A DNA stretch of 64,000 nt from Gnetum montanum (lineage: Eukaryota; Plantae; Gnetophyta), in the NCBI GenBank assembly GCA_015680685.1, contig MNCI01001268.1, positions 294,640 through 358,639 on the forward strand. The letters run 5' to 3'. How positions within the stretch are numbered: position 1 is the stretch's first letter; each line of letters opens with the position of its first letter. A program made the translations under genes and the position numbers. This document shows positions 13,498 to 27,224 of the stretch, in pieces. The notes beneath the pieces are model-generated. The model saw nothing but the letters and a program-made list of their open reading frames with translations. It did not search any database and was not told the origin of the DNA.

Positions 13498-14896
13498 CTT
13501 AGTCCCCAAACTTTTAATTGCATTCAAGTGCAAGAATAATTAAACCATGGAAGTTTTAAAAGAGGATGCAAAAGACAAGGAATTAAAAGGTCCCAAAACA
13601 CTGAAAAATTGAAATTTGAAAGAAAACTATACCTATCTAAGCATGATTAAAATGACCATATAATCAAGGGAGTACTAAACATGAGCCACCCTTGGCACAC
13701 CATCTTATTTAATCAAGATCAAAACATATACTTTTTATAAACCATAACTTTAACCACATATATAAATTTATATAATTAAGATCTCATTTCAAATCATCTC
13801 ATGAATAAAGAAATTAGCATGAGAATTACTTTGAGAACAAGATGTATACCAATCTTAATGAAGAGGATATGCTTATCTTAGATCATAGCCAACCATAACT
13901 TTTGGATTTTTTCTTAGTGTTTTTGTTTATTTAATTATTTATTTATTTAGAAAGGGATAATGGAAAATGAGGAAAACTAGGAAAAGGAAAGGGAATATTT
14001 GCTTTTCTCTTTTTGAATTTTGGGGAAATAGGTTTAAAAGGGCAATTGAAGGCTAAGATGAGGATTGTTGCTAGACCCCATCACACTTAAGAACTTATTA
14101 CACTACAAATGGACATGGTCCTCATTCTTTTTCTCTTGTCTTTTTTTAAGGAAAATTTGCTCATGGTGTACTTCATTCTTAAGGTAGGAATTCCAACATG
14201 GGTTTATCCAATTAGCTACACTACTGAAGAACATGATCCTTTCGAAACTTTGCCCATGGTGCAGTTCAACCCTCATGCATGTTCCCTTTAATTACAATCT
14301 AGATGGTATCATAGTAAATATCCTAGGTGACTAAGGGTTCTTAAATGGAGAGGAACACACTTCACCTTGTTGCTCACATGATAGCCATGGATCATCACAC
14401 TTGAGGTCTAGGGCTTATGAGAGGGAAAATGGAGTTTTCCAAGGTCACCTAATGATTGTGGCTAACCTTTCTCCAACTTCACATATCCTACATTCACATG
14501 ATCATGATGATAACATGATAAGTTAGCATAAATCCCATTCTCCATAATCCAACATAACTAATAAAACTAAAACCTTGAAATGGATTGGGAAGAATCATAG
14601 CATTATTCAAATATATCATATAAAGGAGATTTTATATAATGGTAATATGATATATTATATAAGGCATTATACTTGCATTATCTTCAAATGTTGTTATGAT
14701 GACCTAATTCCTAGTAACTCAAATGATCATAATGATTACTAAAATCATATGAAAAGCACAAATCAAAGCAAAACCAATATGCTAACAAAGAGATGATGGA
14801 AATGCAAAGAAAATATACAAATGAAACTATATACAAATGAAATGCATGGTGAAAGGGAAGAAAGCATGAAACTAGGATTCTACCAGGTGTCCACAC

Positions 14897-15576
14897 NNNN
14901 NNNNNNNNNNNNNNNNNNNNNNNNNNNNNNNNNNNNNNNNNNNNNNNNNNNNNNNNNNNNNNNNNNNNNNNNNNNNNNNNNNNNNNNNNNNNNNNNNNNN
15001 NNNNNNNNNNNNNNNNNNNNNNNNNNNNNNNNNNNNNNNNNNNNNNNNNNNNNNNNNNNNNNNNNNNNNNNNNNNNNNNNNNNNNNNNNNNNNNNNNNNN
15101 NNNNNNNNNNNNNNNNNNNNNNNNNNNNNNNNNNNNNNNNNNNNNNNNNNNNNNNNNNNNNNNNNNNNNNNNNNNNNNNNNNNNNNNNNNNNNNNNNNNN
15201 NNNNNNNNNNNNNNNNNNNNNNNNNNNNNNNNNNNNNNNNNNNNNNNNNNNNNNNNNNNNNNNNNNNNNNNNNNNNNNNNNNNNNNNNNNNNNNNNNNNN
15301 NNNNNNNNNNNNNNNNNNNNNNNNNNNNNNNNNNNNNNNNNNNNNNNNNNNNNNNNNNNNNNNNNNNNNNNNNNNNNNNNNNNNNNNNNNNNNNNNNNNN
15401 NNNNNNNNNNNNNNNNNNNNNNNNNNNNNNNNNNNNNNNNNNNNNNNNNNNNNNNNNNNNNNNNNNNNNNNNNNNNNNNNNNNNNNNNNNNNNNNNNNNN
15501 NNNNNNNNNNNNNNNNNNNNNNNNNNNNNNNNNNNNNNNNNNNNNNNNNNNNNNNNNNNNNNNNNNNNNNNNNNNA
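14897..15576. other. Assembly gap (680 N)
   Basis: Run of N. Confidence 1.
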
Positions 15577-17760
15577 TCTTCATAAATTTCTGCACATTCT
15601 CTAAAAGTTTGATAGTGTTGGGTGGAATTTGTATGAGAAAAAGAATTTATTTCTATAATTTCACTCACATTGTCATTTATAACATGTTCACCAAGTCTAA
15701 CTTCAATAACTCTAATATAAATATTAGTATTTTGATTTTCCAAAGATTGATTTTGCTGATTAAAAGATGTTACCACTTGTTTATAAAAAGGTTCTCTTGG
15801 TATAACCATATATTTAGATTTTTGTTTAATAAAAATTAATAATTCCAAGAAATCTAACCTAAAGAAGCCCCCAAACTTGGCTCCAAAAGTCCTAGATAGA
15901 AGCACACCATAAGTGGGTGACATATTAACTACTAAAATATTTGTATAACATGTAAAAGTAGGATATTGTTTAAGTTGTACATTTACTCCCTTTAATGATC
16001 CTACCATAGGTACATTAGATCCATCAAGTTGTATCACACTTCTTGCTTGTAGTAGTATTTGTGCTCCTAATATTTTACACACTTCTAATGGCATGACATT
16101 AATAGTTGTGCTAGAATCCATTAAAAAATTGTGAACATTCTTTGTCAAAATGACAAAAGTTGTTAAGAAAGGTGGTTGATCTTTCTTGTTCAACATGAAA
16201 TAGCTTGAGTTTTCTATTGATAAAGCATTAGGACTCTTTGCAAAATGAACTTGTCTTTCAGTTATTGGAGACTTTTCTTGATTGGTTTTAGATGTATGAA
16301 CTATCTTTTGAATCACATCTTTCATTTCATTAAAATGCAAAAGATCATACATTGAGATGTTGGCTTTAACTCTTTTCAAATCCTCAACTAGATCATAAGT
16401 TTTATGTTCATCTTTGACTTCATGTTGAGGTGGATTTCTTCTAAGTATAGAAGGGGAGTTTGGTTGTTGTGGAACATTTACTTGGGATGGTCTGATTTGG
16501 TTATTTTTGTTATTTTGACTAGGAACTATTCTATTGGGAGGAGTATAAGGATTGTTCCTACTTTGTTGTTGAGTGGTGTTCATAATGTGACTAAGCCTAC
16601 AGTAGTGAGTGTTATGTGGACTGGGATCACTTACCATGACTTATTCACATGAGGGATGTTGAGGACCATAATTGGAGTCTTTCCATTTTGTTGATTTTGG
16701 GTATTGTCACCATATAATGCTAAAAATTGAGGACAAATTTTCTCATAATGTTGCCTAATGTTATGAAGGTGGAAATATTCACCATCAATTGATGTGCTTG
16801 GTTTTTCAGAATGTGTAGGAATTTTGTTATTATTTTGCTTTAGTTTAACTACTTCATTGGAAAGCTTTTGAAGAGAGGTGAATATTTGAGTCATTTGATT
16901 TTCTATTTGAGTAGTAAATCCATTGGGATTAGATATTTCCTTTGGGTTTATGATGGATTGGATCAAAGCTTTTAACTGATCATCACTTAAACCAACATTT
17001 GGTGGTAAAAATGAAGAGGATGTGGGACCTTGAAAATAACTACTTATAGGTTGAGTCATTTGAAGGGGAGTGGAAGTTTGAAATAAAGTATTATTCATTG
17101 GGAAAACTTGTGATGGTAAAGGGGTAGACTATATAGGATTGCTAACATTCATCATCCCAAATTGAGTTTGAATGTTATTCATCAAGGTAATTTATTCTAA
17201 CTCAGTAGCTTTAGCCATTTCTCCTTGTATTTCCATTATGTTGGGATCAGATTTAATGGCATAGGTGAAAATGGGTCAATGGTAGAAAGGTAGAAATTGA
17301 GGATATGATTAGGTTGTAGAAACATCTCATTCAGCACATGAGCAAGTTTATGGACAAATCTTAGATTGTAATCATGGACGTTTTCCCCAAGTAGTTTTCT
17401 TAGACTCGTGAAATTGCTTAATGCTAAGGCAAGGCTAGTGAACTTATCAAATTGGAGTAGGAACTTATTTTTAAACTCTTGCTATGAGTGTATAGAGGCA
17501 TTAGGGAGTGTAAAAAACCATTGGGTGGCTTTGCTCTTAAAAGTTGTCACAAAGACCCTACATGCTATGTCATTTTAGATAATGTTACGTATGCCTAGTA
17601 AGGTTTCAAAACATTGTATATGTTGACGAGCATCACTAGTGGGGGTTGTGGGATCAAAGAACAAATTTATGTTTTGAATTGATTTTGGAATATTGTGATA
17701 GTTTGTGAAGTTAAAGGGATTACTCACCAAGGAAGTTGGGGGTTGATTGGCTACCATCCT
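15577..17760 (-). pseudogene. Gag and aspartic protease remnant of the Tat/Ogre-like element
   Basis: DARQHIQCF...TFKSKATQWFFTLP (gag), YDLVEDLKRVKANISMYDLL and LMDSSTTINVMPLEVCKILG (decayed DSG protease). Runs into the N gap; no RT visible. Confidence 0.8.
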
Positions 17761-19182
17761 AGTTCAAATTCTTATAGTGATAGAACTTGGAAATTCCGAA
17801 GCTTGTTGTTTTCTTAAAGTAAAGTAATGAGTAGCTAGTTGATTAGGGGTAGGAGTAAGAGCCCTTTGTTGAGATGATCTATGAGAGATCTCACTTATAA
17901 AATGAAAGACTTTGAAATATAAATGCTAGAAAACTAATAAATTAAATAAGACAAAAAATTTATTTAAATACTATATTTTTTATTTTTATTTTTAAAAGGA
18001 AAACTAAAATTGAAATATATATAAAATTTAAAAGAAAAACAGTGAAATGTAGAATTTCAAAAAAGTAAATTTCAACTAAATGATGTAATGAATGAGAGCA
18101 CCACCTTACCAAAGTTAGAACTAAGGTAAGGACCACAAAAATGAAGTAATCAATAAAATTGGAAAAAGAAAGTTTGGGGATTTGAAAATGAAACTAAAAC
18201 TAAGAAATAAAACTAAAAATAGTGACGATTAACTGGAATTGGTATAAAAAATGGGCTGCTAAATGTTCAGGCAACTGAAACTAGAAAATAAAAGATTTCA
18301 AGGACTTAAAAACAGAAATTCTTAAGTACCAAAAACTGAATTTTAGAAACAGTAACTAGAAAATAAATGACTGTCACCAAGACAAAAAACTAAAATAGGA
18401 AATTTAAAGTTCAAAGGAACTAAAATAGAAAAAATGGAGATTAGGAAACTATAAAATAGATGACCAAGAATAGAAACAGGAAAATGAAATTTTTGGGAAA
18501 TGGAAACAAAAAAATAGAAACAAAACAGGAATAGAAAAAGAATAGAAAATTGATATTTTAGAGAATAGAAAGGGAAAATAGAGGCTAAAAAGTAGCCCTC
18601 CTTCTAGCATCAAAAAGGTGTTGATGTGTAAATTTTGAACACGTCAATACCTAAAAAACTCATTTAGGGAGACTAGGGAGACTATTTCCTATGGCACCTC
18701 CTATATGGGTACAGGAACCTTGGAATAGTCTTAGCTGGTAGGGCAACATGAAATTTCATGATGTATAAAGATGCTAGCAAGTTAAATGATTTTAACAAGG
18801 AAATATAAAAGGTAGTTCAAGATAATTTTGACAAAAAGACAACCATTTGCTTTTTAAATTTTCAACAATAAAACTTGTGTATTAATAAAATGTGAAATTA
18901 TAGTAGGAAATAGCTAACAACTTGGAAAAGATTAATATGAGTTCTAAAGTAAAATGGGTTTTGTGTTTAATCCATAGCACAAAGACCACAATTCAGTTGT
19001 AGAAATATAAAATGATAGAATGAAATCATGACTTAGCTCAAAAATGAGAATAGATGAAATAACTCTTGGTGCAGCCTTGCCTACCAATGCTTGCAAGAAG
19101 CACACCCCTTCTAAGGAGCCTACAATCTTCGACCATTGAATCTACCCCCTAATTTGCCCTAAATTTTCTCTATGAGAGCTAC

Positions 19183-22100
19183 TAATAAGCGATGACGTAA
19201 TCCCTATGCCCAACCATATGAATCACAAGTGTTCACACATGATCTGATTGAATTTTATGGATGGGACTAGTTGTGGCATCTAGATCGTTATGCCTTGATC
19301 ATAGTTCACTATCTTTCCACTTAGACTAGCAGTAGCTTTGTCACGTATGGTTTAGTCCAAAGTGAGGCATATGATTCTTGATGTTGTTTCAACCTTATGC
19401 TACTCTTAACGATAATGAAGAAATAAATTATTTAAACTAATTAACAATGGAAAGTAAAGTCTAAACTAGTTTACAGGTGATGAGTGTCTATTCACAGCTT
19501 ATTGTACATGTCATGAACCCACATATCCACTACTAGGATTACCAAGCACTATGCTACTTGGTGAACTAAACAATAACACTACTATGGTTACTAAGCAAAT
19601 ATGTGTTTATACTCAAAACTAGTCACACTCATTCCACCAATTCATTAATATGCATGGAAACATAAATATTAACCAAGTACATGAAAAGTAAATTACATGG
19701 AAAGTAAATCTAATCTAAGTCAAAGTGTTGCAATGAATAAGAATCAATCTTGATCTTATTGTTTATGAAATGTGTCCAAGTACAATGCCACTCAAATAAG
19801 ACATCATACGACTAATTAGATCCATACTACAGGAACTCACTAATAATTCTCTAAGACTATGGAATAAAATTGTAAGAGTTTAACTATTTTATTAACAAAA
19901 GAATGCTAATACATGGCAGGGGCACATCTATTTATAGACTTTATTGTGGAGCTACGTCAATGGGGCCTCATAAATGCAACAAATGCTACGTCGATGCAGC
20001 CCCATCAATGAGGAACACCACATCAATAAAGCCTCATTGACAAGGAACACCACATTGACATGACACCTGGACACTTCATCATAGCCCCACGACTGAATGA
20101 AAACTTGTCTTGAAGTTCCTTTACAAAATTGGAAAGGTATGGGATTATTGACTGACACTTGACATAACAAACTAATAGAATAAAACTAAGTGCCATATTA
20201 TAGAATTTTATTCTAGTGGATGGATACAAAATGACAAAGTGACAAAAAGATTGGACAAACATTGAAGATTACAAAATTTGTAAACGTCTTTCAAAAGTTT
20301 GTTGAAGATGATTCTTCTTATTACCACTAGTGGTGGAAGACTTCCAACCTTGATTGTTATGTTGATGCTTCTCTGGTTATGTAGAACATTCTTGAAGGAT
20401 GGACTAAAATTTCTTCTCATCATCCCATGGATCTAGTAAACATGCAATGCTTGAACTACTATCTTATATGTGATATGATTTTTCCATGGGCATATCCTCT
20501 ATTGTTCCCCTCTTAGCTTCATTTTCATGCTTGGAAAAAGACCTTCTTCCTTAGGTGTTTCTTTTAGCATCACCTATAGTTGCCAAAGGATCAACATTAG
20601 TTTTGGTATATTTTCCTTAATAATTAAACCTTTGTTAGATCCCTTAGTTTTCGTTTAAGCATATGGTGATGATAGCATACTATGCCCAAGCCTATGAGGT
20701 AACTAAAATCATCAAGTTGTTCACATTATTGAAATAGACATCCCTAGCCCCCATGACTAATGAGCATAACTCTGGAAGTGCACAAGTTTTCAAACAATTA
20801 AAACCAAAGGTCTAATTCAGAAGATGGCCAAGAAATATTGAACTTCAATGATATTTTAATAGAAAAGTAGGAAAAAGTAATGAGAAGTAATGAGACATAG
20901 TCCCAAAATTATGCATAAATTTAGAGAAACTATCATTGAAAAAGTAATTGAACTTCAATGATATGAAAAAGTAATTGAAAGTAATGAGAAGTAGTCCCAA
21001 AATTATGCATAAATTTAGAAAAATTATCATTAATGTTCTAGAAGATGTGAAGGTTAGTTCAAAGCCAAGATCAAAAAAAGTGATGCAAGTGGGTCCTCCC
21101 CAAAGTAGGCTCCTCCCATAATGCCCTTGCATAACCACTTCTATAGATGTTCATGGGCACCCAAGAAGTTAAATGTAGATCATGCCTTTATTCCAAACAA
21201 CACACACCTATCGTGGTTGGAATGTTACACTATACTACACAAAACCAAAAGGCTCATAATCACATGTAGTAATGAGGTGAATACTGGGATGAGAAGGGAT
21301 TGTAAAGATTGGGATGTAAGGTACTTGACCATGTCCACAATAGGTTCTTATGAAAAATGTGATTAAAATGATTATCATACCTAACTATCCAAGTTTCAAC
21401 CCAAGTCCATACCATGAACAGTGACCTTGCATTGATGTGTTCCTTCCTACCAACCACCATGAGCCAACAAATAACTCAAAGAACAATCATCACTCCAAAA
21501 AGAGAAGAAAAGAGAAGAAGGAAGAAAGGGCCTTAGTTAGGGGGGTGTCTTCAGGCATGGGTAACATGTCTATCCAACCTCATAACTAGTGTTTGCAACT
21601 CATTATTGTGTCTAAGGGATGTTCTTTGAATTTTCATTATTGTTTTTATTTTTTTTATTTTTGGTTTTGTCTTTTTTTCTTTTTTTTGGATTTTTATTTT
21701 TATTTGTTTGAAATGGGAACCACATCATGCAAATACATAACTTCCTATTTATTGGTCGATGAAGGAGTGATGATACATTCCAAGAGGAGTTATAAACCAC
21801 ATGAAGGAAGTCAAGAAGAGAACCTAACAAGTCCCCTTAAGATCACACCCTTACCATTCCCACTTGATCATTCCCCCATTCTTGAAGGTACACTAATCAT
21901 TGATTAATTTTAGTTTCATGAAAGAAGAACCAAAATTGTTTCCATGAAAAATCCCTTTTATTTAGGGAACTATAGGGATGGATGAGGTGGTCTCATTGCT
22001 TTACATAATTACTTACCCAATCATCTTAATGTCATAGCACAAAAACCCAACACATAGCGTTGACTTTTGCATCATAACTTGGCAATATTATTAACAAAAA

Positions 22101-25100
22101 CATGAAATACATTCATTAAACATAAAGAGAATGACTCAATAAAAGAGAAAAATATTAAGAAATGGAAAACACATGAAGAATAAAAAATTTTTGAAAGAAA
22201 TAGGAAAATGATAAAAAATTATAAACAAAAAAGGTGAAAAATACTTTTTAGTTCTTAAACCATGATGGGATGCGATATCGCATCTGCCACAATATTGCGG
22301 CATTTCCTGTGATATTGTGTACGCGATATCGCAGTCTACCACCATTTCTATAAATAAGAGGCAGCTCTCCCTTGTTTTGCCATCTAGATCTAGACCTTAG
22401 CCAAACTCTTGCAGTTTTTCCATTCTAGAGTTAGAGTAATTTCCATGTGCCCACAATAGGAGTCCCAAAGTGAACAGATATATTGTACCTGAGCACAAGT
22501 TTGTGTATGGAAATAAAGACGAACTTTTGGATAAACCTTGCGGTGAATGGACTAAGCTTATTAGGACTTTAATTATTGATAATTTTTTAAATGATTTATT
22601 AGTTAATTAATCTCTCTCAACCCTCAACACTTCTAGTTAAGTGCATTCAATACAACCACTTCGAGCACGTGCGTTATGCTTAGTAATCACAGTAACGAAT
22701 AACATTTGGTAATCCCAGAAGGTTGCATTGGTTCAAGGTGTCAACGGAAAGTGGGAACAGATACTGATGCTAGGCATTAGAACTTAGTTAGTTAAAGTTA
22801 GTTACTGAGTCTCTTCATCCTTCCTTCTCCTAGCATAGGCAATAAAACATAAAAGATATAAAAATCACATACCTTAGACTTACTTAACCATACAACCGTG
22901 ACAAATACAAGTAAGTCTAGGAAGACAATGAACGATTAACCCTAAGTGTTCCATAAGGCGTGTAGGCACTTAGTTTGCGGAGTTCAACCGGATCGCGCAT
23001 GTAATGCTCGTATTCGTATGGTTGAGTGTAGGGGTACCTCGCCACTCATCAAACCAGGATGAAGCATCTCCCCCATGACTAATCTTATGGTTGCACATTC
23101 AGGAGATGGACTACACAATCCCCTAGTTATACACCATTAGTTTTCCATCTATCACTATTACTGATTTAATTAATCATGTGGTAGCACATCTAACATTGGT
23201 GATAGTCTTGTTTAGATCATTTAGAGACGTATCTTCATTTGGACTTAAAGGTATTTCTATTTTTGAGCATTTAGATGTGTTTTCTTCTTCTTCCTAATTT
23301 TCTATTTTAATTCCTAAGTCTCCATGTTTAATATCCTCTTCTAGTGTATAATCAAAGTGTAAGATATCTATGTTTAAGTCCTTTGTTTGGTTTATTTTCT
23401 TAAGTCTAGAACTAATAAGCAAATCAGTTGCTTCTGTGCATCTTTGAAAAAGTTTTATATTCTCATTTTGAAGCCACTAGGTGTCTTCTAGTTTAGTGGC
23501 TACTACATAGACTAGTTTTTTCTCTCACACTTGCTCTTGAACTTTATGGTGGGTCGGTATAGGGGTTGTATTAATATTTCAAAATTTCAGCCCACAATTG
23601 CACCATTTATCATGATTAGTTATGCATGGATTCTTTTGTCTCTTCATAGTGATAGATTCATTGCTTCTGTTAGGTTTTGAAGGAAAGATGAATGTTGGCC
23701 TTTGTGTAGGATTGGAGGACATTGGTTGTGAGAGGAAGGGTGTTGCACTTGATTGGCATTGTGCTAGTTTGGATGAGTTAGTAGGTCCACAAATGGTGTG
23801 CTTATGCATGGGAACCATCCCAAAAAAATGCATTTTCAAGATTGTGGTGGAGATCTATTAGCATTATCATTTCTGTGTATGTTCATAGCACAAGTGATAT
23901 TCTTTCATTGATGTTGTGGTGCTGAACCTTCCTATGTTATTGGAGGTGACATATGGTAAAGGTGAGTATGAGAATATTGAGGTTATGAAAAATGGTGAGA
24001 GGTATGAGGTGGTGATATCATATAAGATGTTGTGGGTTGATGATATTCGGGAGGGTAGTAGTAGTGATTTGAGATAGAGGAAGTGGAACTAGTTGATGAA
24101 ACAAGTTATTGAACATAATATTGGTATAGGTTCAGCTGCTAGTAAGGGTAGTATGGGTTTGATGATGGCCTCCCTCATGATTGTGGGTTTTTCCACTACA
24201 TTGGATGATAGTGTTGAGGTTGGTAAGAAGTCCCACTAGGATGGTATGGTTTGTTGTAGGACTGTCTATAATTACTTTGTGAGAAAGGTAATTTCCTAGG
24301 CATTTGCTTTTGTACAAACTTGGGATTTAATGCAAAAGCCCAATGCTCATGTAAATGTAGCATGACTAGGAAATAACCATTTGGATGATCATATATGCAA
24401 ATCTCACATCTATCATCTTCTTCAGTGCTTTAGTCTATATCCTCTTCTTCTACAGCCATTTTCCCTTTCTGTCGATCAGTGTTTTTACCTATCTCTTGGT
24501 CCCTTTTCCTCTTGTTGTGGTCACTTGATTTAGTTTTCGTTAGTCTCCCTCTACAATTTCTATGCAAGTTGTAACTTTCTCATTTATTCATTCTGACATC
24601 TTATAGAATTTTGTATTGACAAGGTTTTTTGTAAAATCACCTCATCAAGAGCTGCCTCTTTTTCCTCATCATAGAGATGAACCCTATTCTTTTGAAGAGT
24701 TGGGTCCCAGTGATATTTGTCAACATTCTCTCATTTACAGAGCTCTTATTCTTCTTTTTCCACATGCTCGATTAGCCTTTAGATCTGATGGATTCTTAGT
24801 TCATATAATTGACCTTCAGCATACATCCCAAGGGTCTCTCTTGTTTGACTATGAAGCCCATCTATGATGTGGAAAAGTTGCTCTTCTTAAGAGAAACCAT
24901 GGCTTGGACATCTATTTAGTAGAGAATAGTATCTATTTAGAGGCATATCCAAGGGTTCATGTTGCTCTTTTTATCATCCTTGGATTTGTTTTCTTAGGTT
25001 GGATTCCTTGCATAGGTTTGGTATTTCTCATTGAAGAGTTCTAGCATTAAAGAGTTAAAGTGCTATGCTACTAGGCAAACCAAATAATAATGTTGCTAGG

Positions 25101-25563
25101 GTTACCAAGAAAATACGTGTTTATGCTAGAAATTGGTCAGGCTCATTATGCTAATTCATTAATATGCATGAAAATGTAAATATTAACTAAGTACATGAAA
25201 AGTAAATTGCTTAGAAAGTAAATCTAATCTAAGTCAAAGTGCTACAATGAATAAGAATCAATCTCGATCTTATTACCATTCATGCAATGTGTCCAGATAC
25301 AATGCCACTCAAATAAGATGTCATACAACTAACTCAAATCCACATTGTGGGCACTCATTGATTGTTCTCTAAGACTATAGAATAAAATTGCAAGAGTTCA
25401 GCTACTCTATTGATAAAGGAATGCTAATACACAGCGGGAGCAAGCGTATTTATAGACTTTATTGTGGAGTTGCATTGATGGAGCCTCATAAATGCAACAT
25501 ATGCTACGTTAATGTAGCCCAATCGACGAGGACCTATCAACATGACACTTTGATGCTTCATCA
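19183..25563 (-). mobile_element. Non-autonomous Athila-like element (gag only) nested in the 5' LTR of the Tat-like element
   Basis: 3' LTR 19183-20081 and 5' LTR ~25059-25563 (U5 end lost) both start TGATGAAG. TSD GCTAC/GCCAC; the uninterrupted host LTR reads GAGAGCCACC at ~13037. PPT at 20082-20097. Gag motifs RCPSHGF...HIIDGL and ICIYDHPNG are homologous to 40070-40650. No RT or IN. Confidence 0.85.
22263..23051 (+). mobile_element. Athila-family solo LTR
   Basis: TGATGGG...CTCATCA termini and a perfect 5-bp TSD AACCA (22258-22262 / 23052-23056). Closely similar to the LTR at 60063-60861. Confidence 0.92.
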
Positions 25564-27224
25564 GCCACCGAATAGGCAACAAAAGTAAGAGAGAACCCTT
25601 GGATTTTTCACCATGACTCCACTTGGAGAAAACCCCACCATCGTAGCAAGCTTTCTGCTTCCTTTCCATGTCCATGTTGCATCTAGTTGGGGAATTTATA
25701 AAGATTGGTTTGGTGCATGAGGAGCCACCACCTATGCATAACAACCATGGCAATTACTACCCATGCATAATGTCAATTGTAACATTCACTGCCACCACAT
25801 GTTCATCACATCCATTGTAACGTTCATTGCCATCAAATTTTAGAAAGGGTTCTTGGGATTTCCCCCTCTTGCTTCTCCCTTCTACTGTTGGTATTACAAT
25901 TAATTTGCATTGGGTTATAACCTATAGAATTTCTAATTGTTATGGAATTGGAACTTAATAGTCATGGCCCCATGCTTAACATGGGCCATGTTGACATCAA
26001 TAGAAACATCATAAAAACACTAAAAGATTTTAAAAAGGTGTCAATATGATGCATTAAGATTTCAAAAGGCATCATTTAACTTTAAACTAAATGAAGATTT
26101 AATAAGAAAATAAGTGGATATTAAAATAATTTTTATAATTTTTATCCTCTTCATTATAGAATAGGTTAATAACAATATCTTTAATGATTATTTTCATTTA
26201 TAATAAATTTTTATAGTATATTATATCTATGCTAATCAACTTTTATTTTCTATTTTAAATTTTCAAAATAAATAATTTTAAATTATTTAAATAGCAATGA
26301 CATTTTTCTACCATAAGGAAATGTATTTTTTTCATTTTTTGTAAAGTGGGGAGTGTTGCCTACAAGAAATTTGAAATTCTAACCCTGATGATGATAAAGA
26401 AAAAAAGTAGTCCTATGTCAAAGTTGACTAAATTAAAGAATTTATTCAAAAATATGTGATTGGCATTCTTAATCTTCATCTATTATGAATGGTATACAAC
26501 ATGAGTGAATACAGTAAAAAGAGAGCAAGGGCTGTACCCCATAGATACGCCAGCCTCAACGCATGCTGGCATGTTCCAAGTACATATTGTTCTGATCGTG
26601 CAAAATACTAACAAAAGCAAGCAATGAAAAATCAAGTAACGCACAAAAAAAAAAAAAAAAAGGAAATCGAAATCCCAAACCTGGGTCTAAAGGAGCATGA
26701 TTTCTGTGCGAATGGTGTTTTTTCCACTTGGGGGAGCATCCTCTTTAGTACCACTTACAGACGCCAAAAAGTACGCTAGATTCTCAACCACTATCTATAA
26801 AGTTTTTAATATGACACATGACTTTGCAGATAGCGTCATCATGAATTCTTGCAAACAGAAGTTGAGTACCATCCATAGTNCATACAGAAAAATTTAAGTT
26901 CCACATCCGCAATGCATTTACCTTATCATCCTTCTTCTAGATAATTGCCTTCTGTAGCTTACAGAAAAAACACTAAGGAAATGAAAGGAAAAGATAAAAC
27001 TTTTACCTGAAGCTACTATTCGAGAAGAAAAATATAGATTAAAATGTAGAGTATTGGTTTTAAATGAACTAATTACTATTCATATATATTTGTTGCTGCA
27101 AAATCAACTAACATTAAAGACGAATAATCTTTATTCAAGAATGCAATTATTCTGCAAGACACGGGTAGTGTCCGTCCGAGCAACAGTAAACGACGATGTT
27201 TTTTGCAGGGTCTAAATGTTGAAG

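Larger units (their letters stand above)
12496..26002 (-). mobile_element. Tat/Ogre-like Ty3/gypsy element with both LTRs; 5' LTR interrupted by nested insertions
   Basis: 3' LTR 12496-13497 matches 18619-19182 plus 25564-26002. Flanks GAAGC/GAAAC (TSD 4/5). PPT AAGTTTGGGGACTAAG on minus next to 13497 and PBS-like TGATGCTAGAAGGAGGG at 18596-18612. Gag and protease lie inside. Confidence 0.85.

Noticed and set aside
14711-15595. Long ORFs in the track spanning N runs (also 45368-45916)
   Set aside because: Length is an artefact of N codons; only the 15577-16637 part is real retroelement coding sequence.
26549-26570. GCCAGC...GCTGGC hairpin as a Helitron 3' end for the mosaic island
   Set aside because: No CTRR terminus at the expected distance on either strand.
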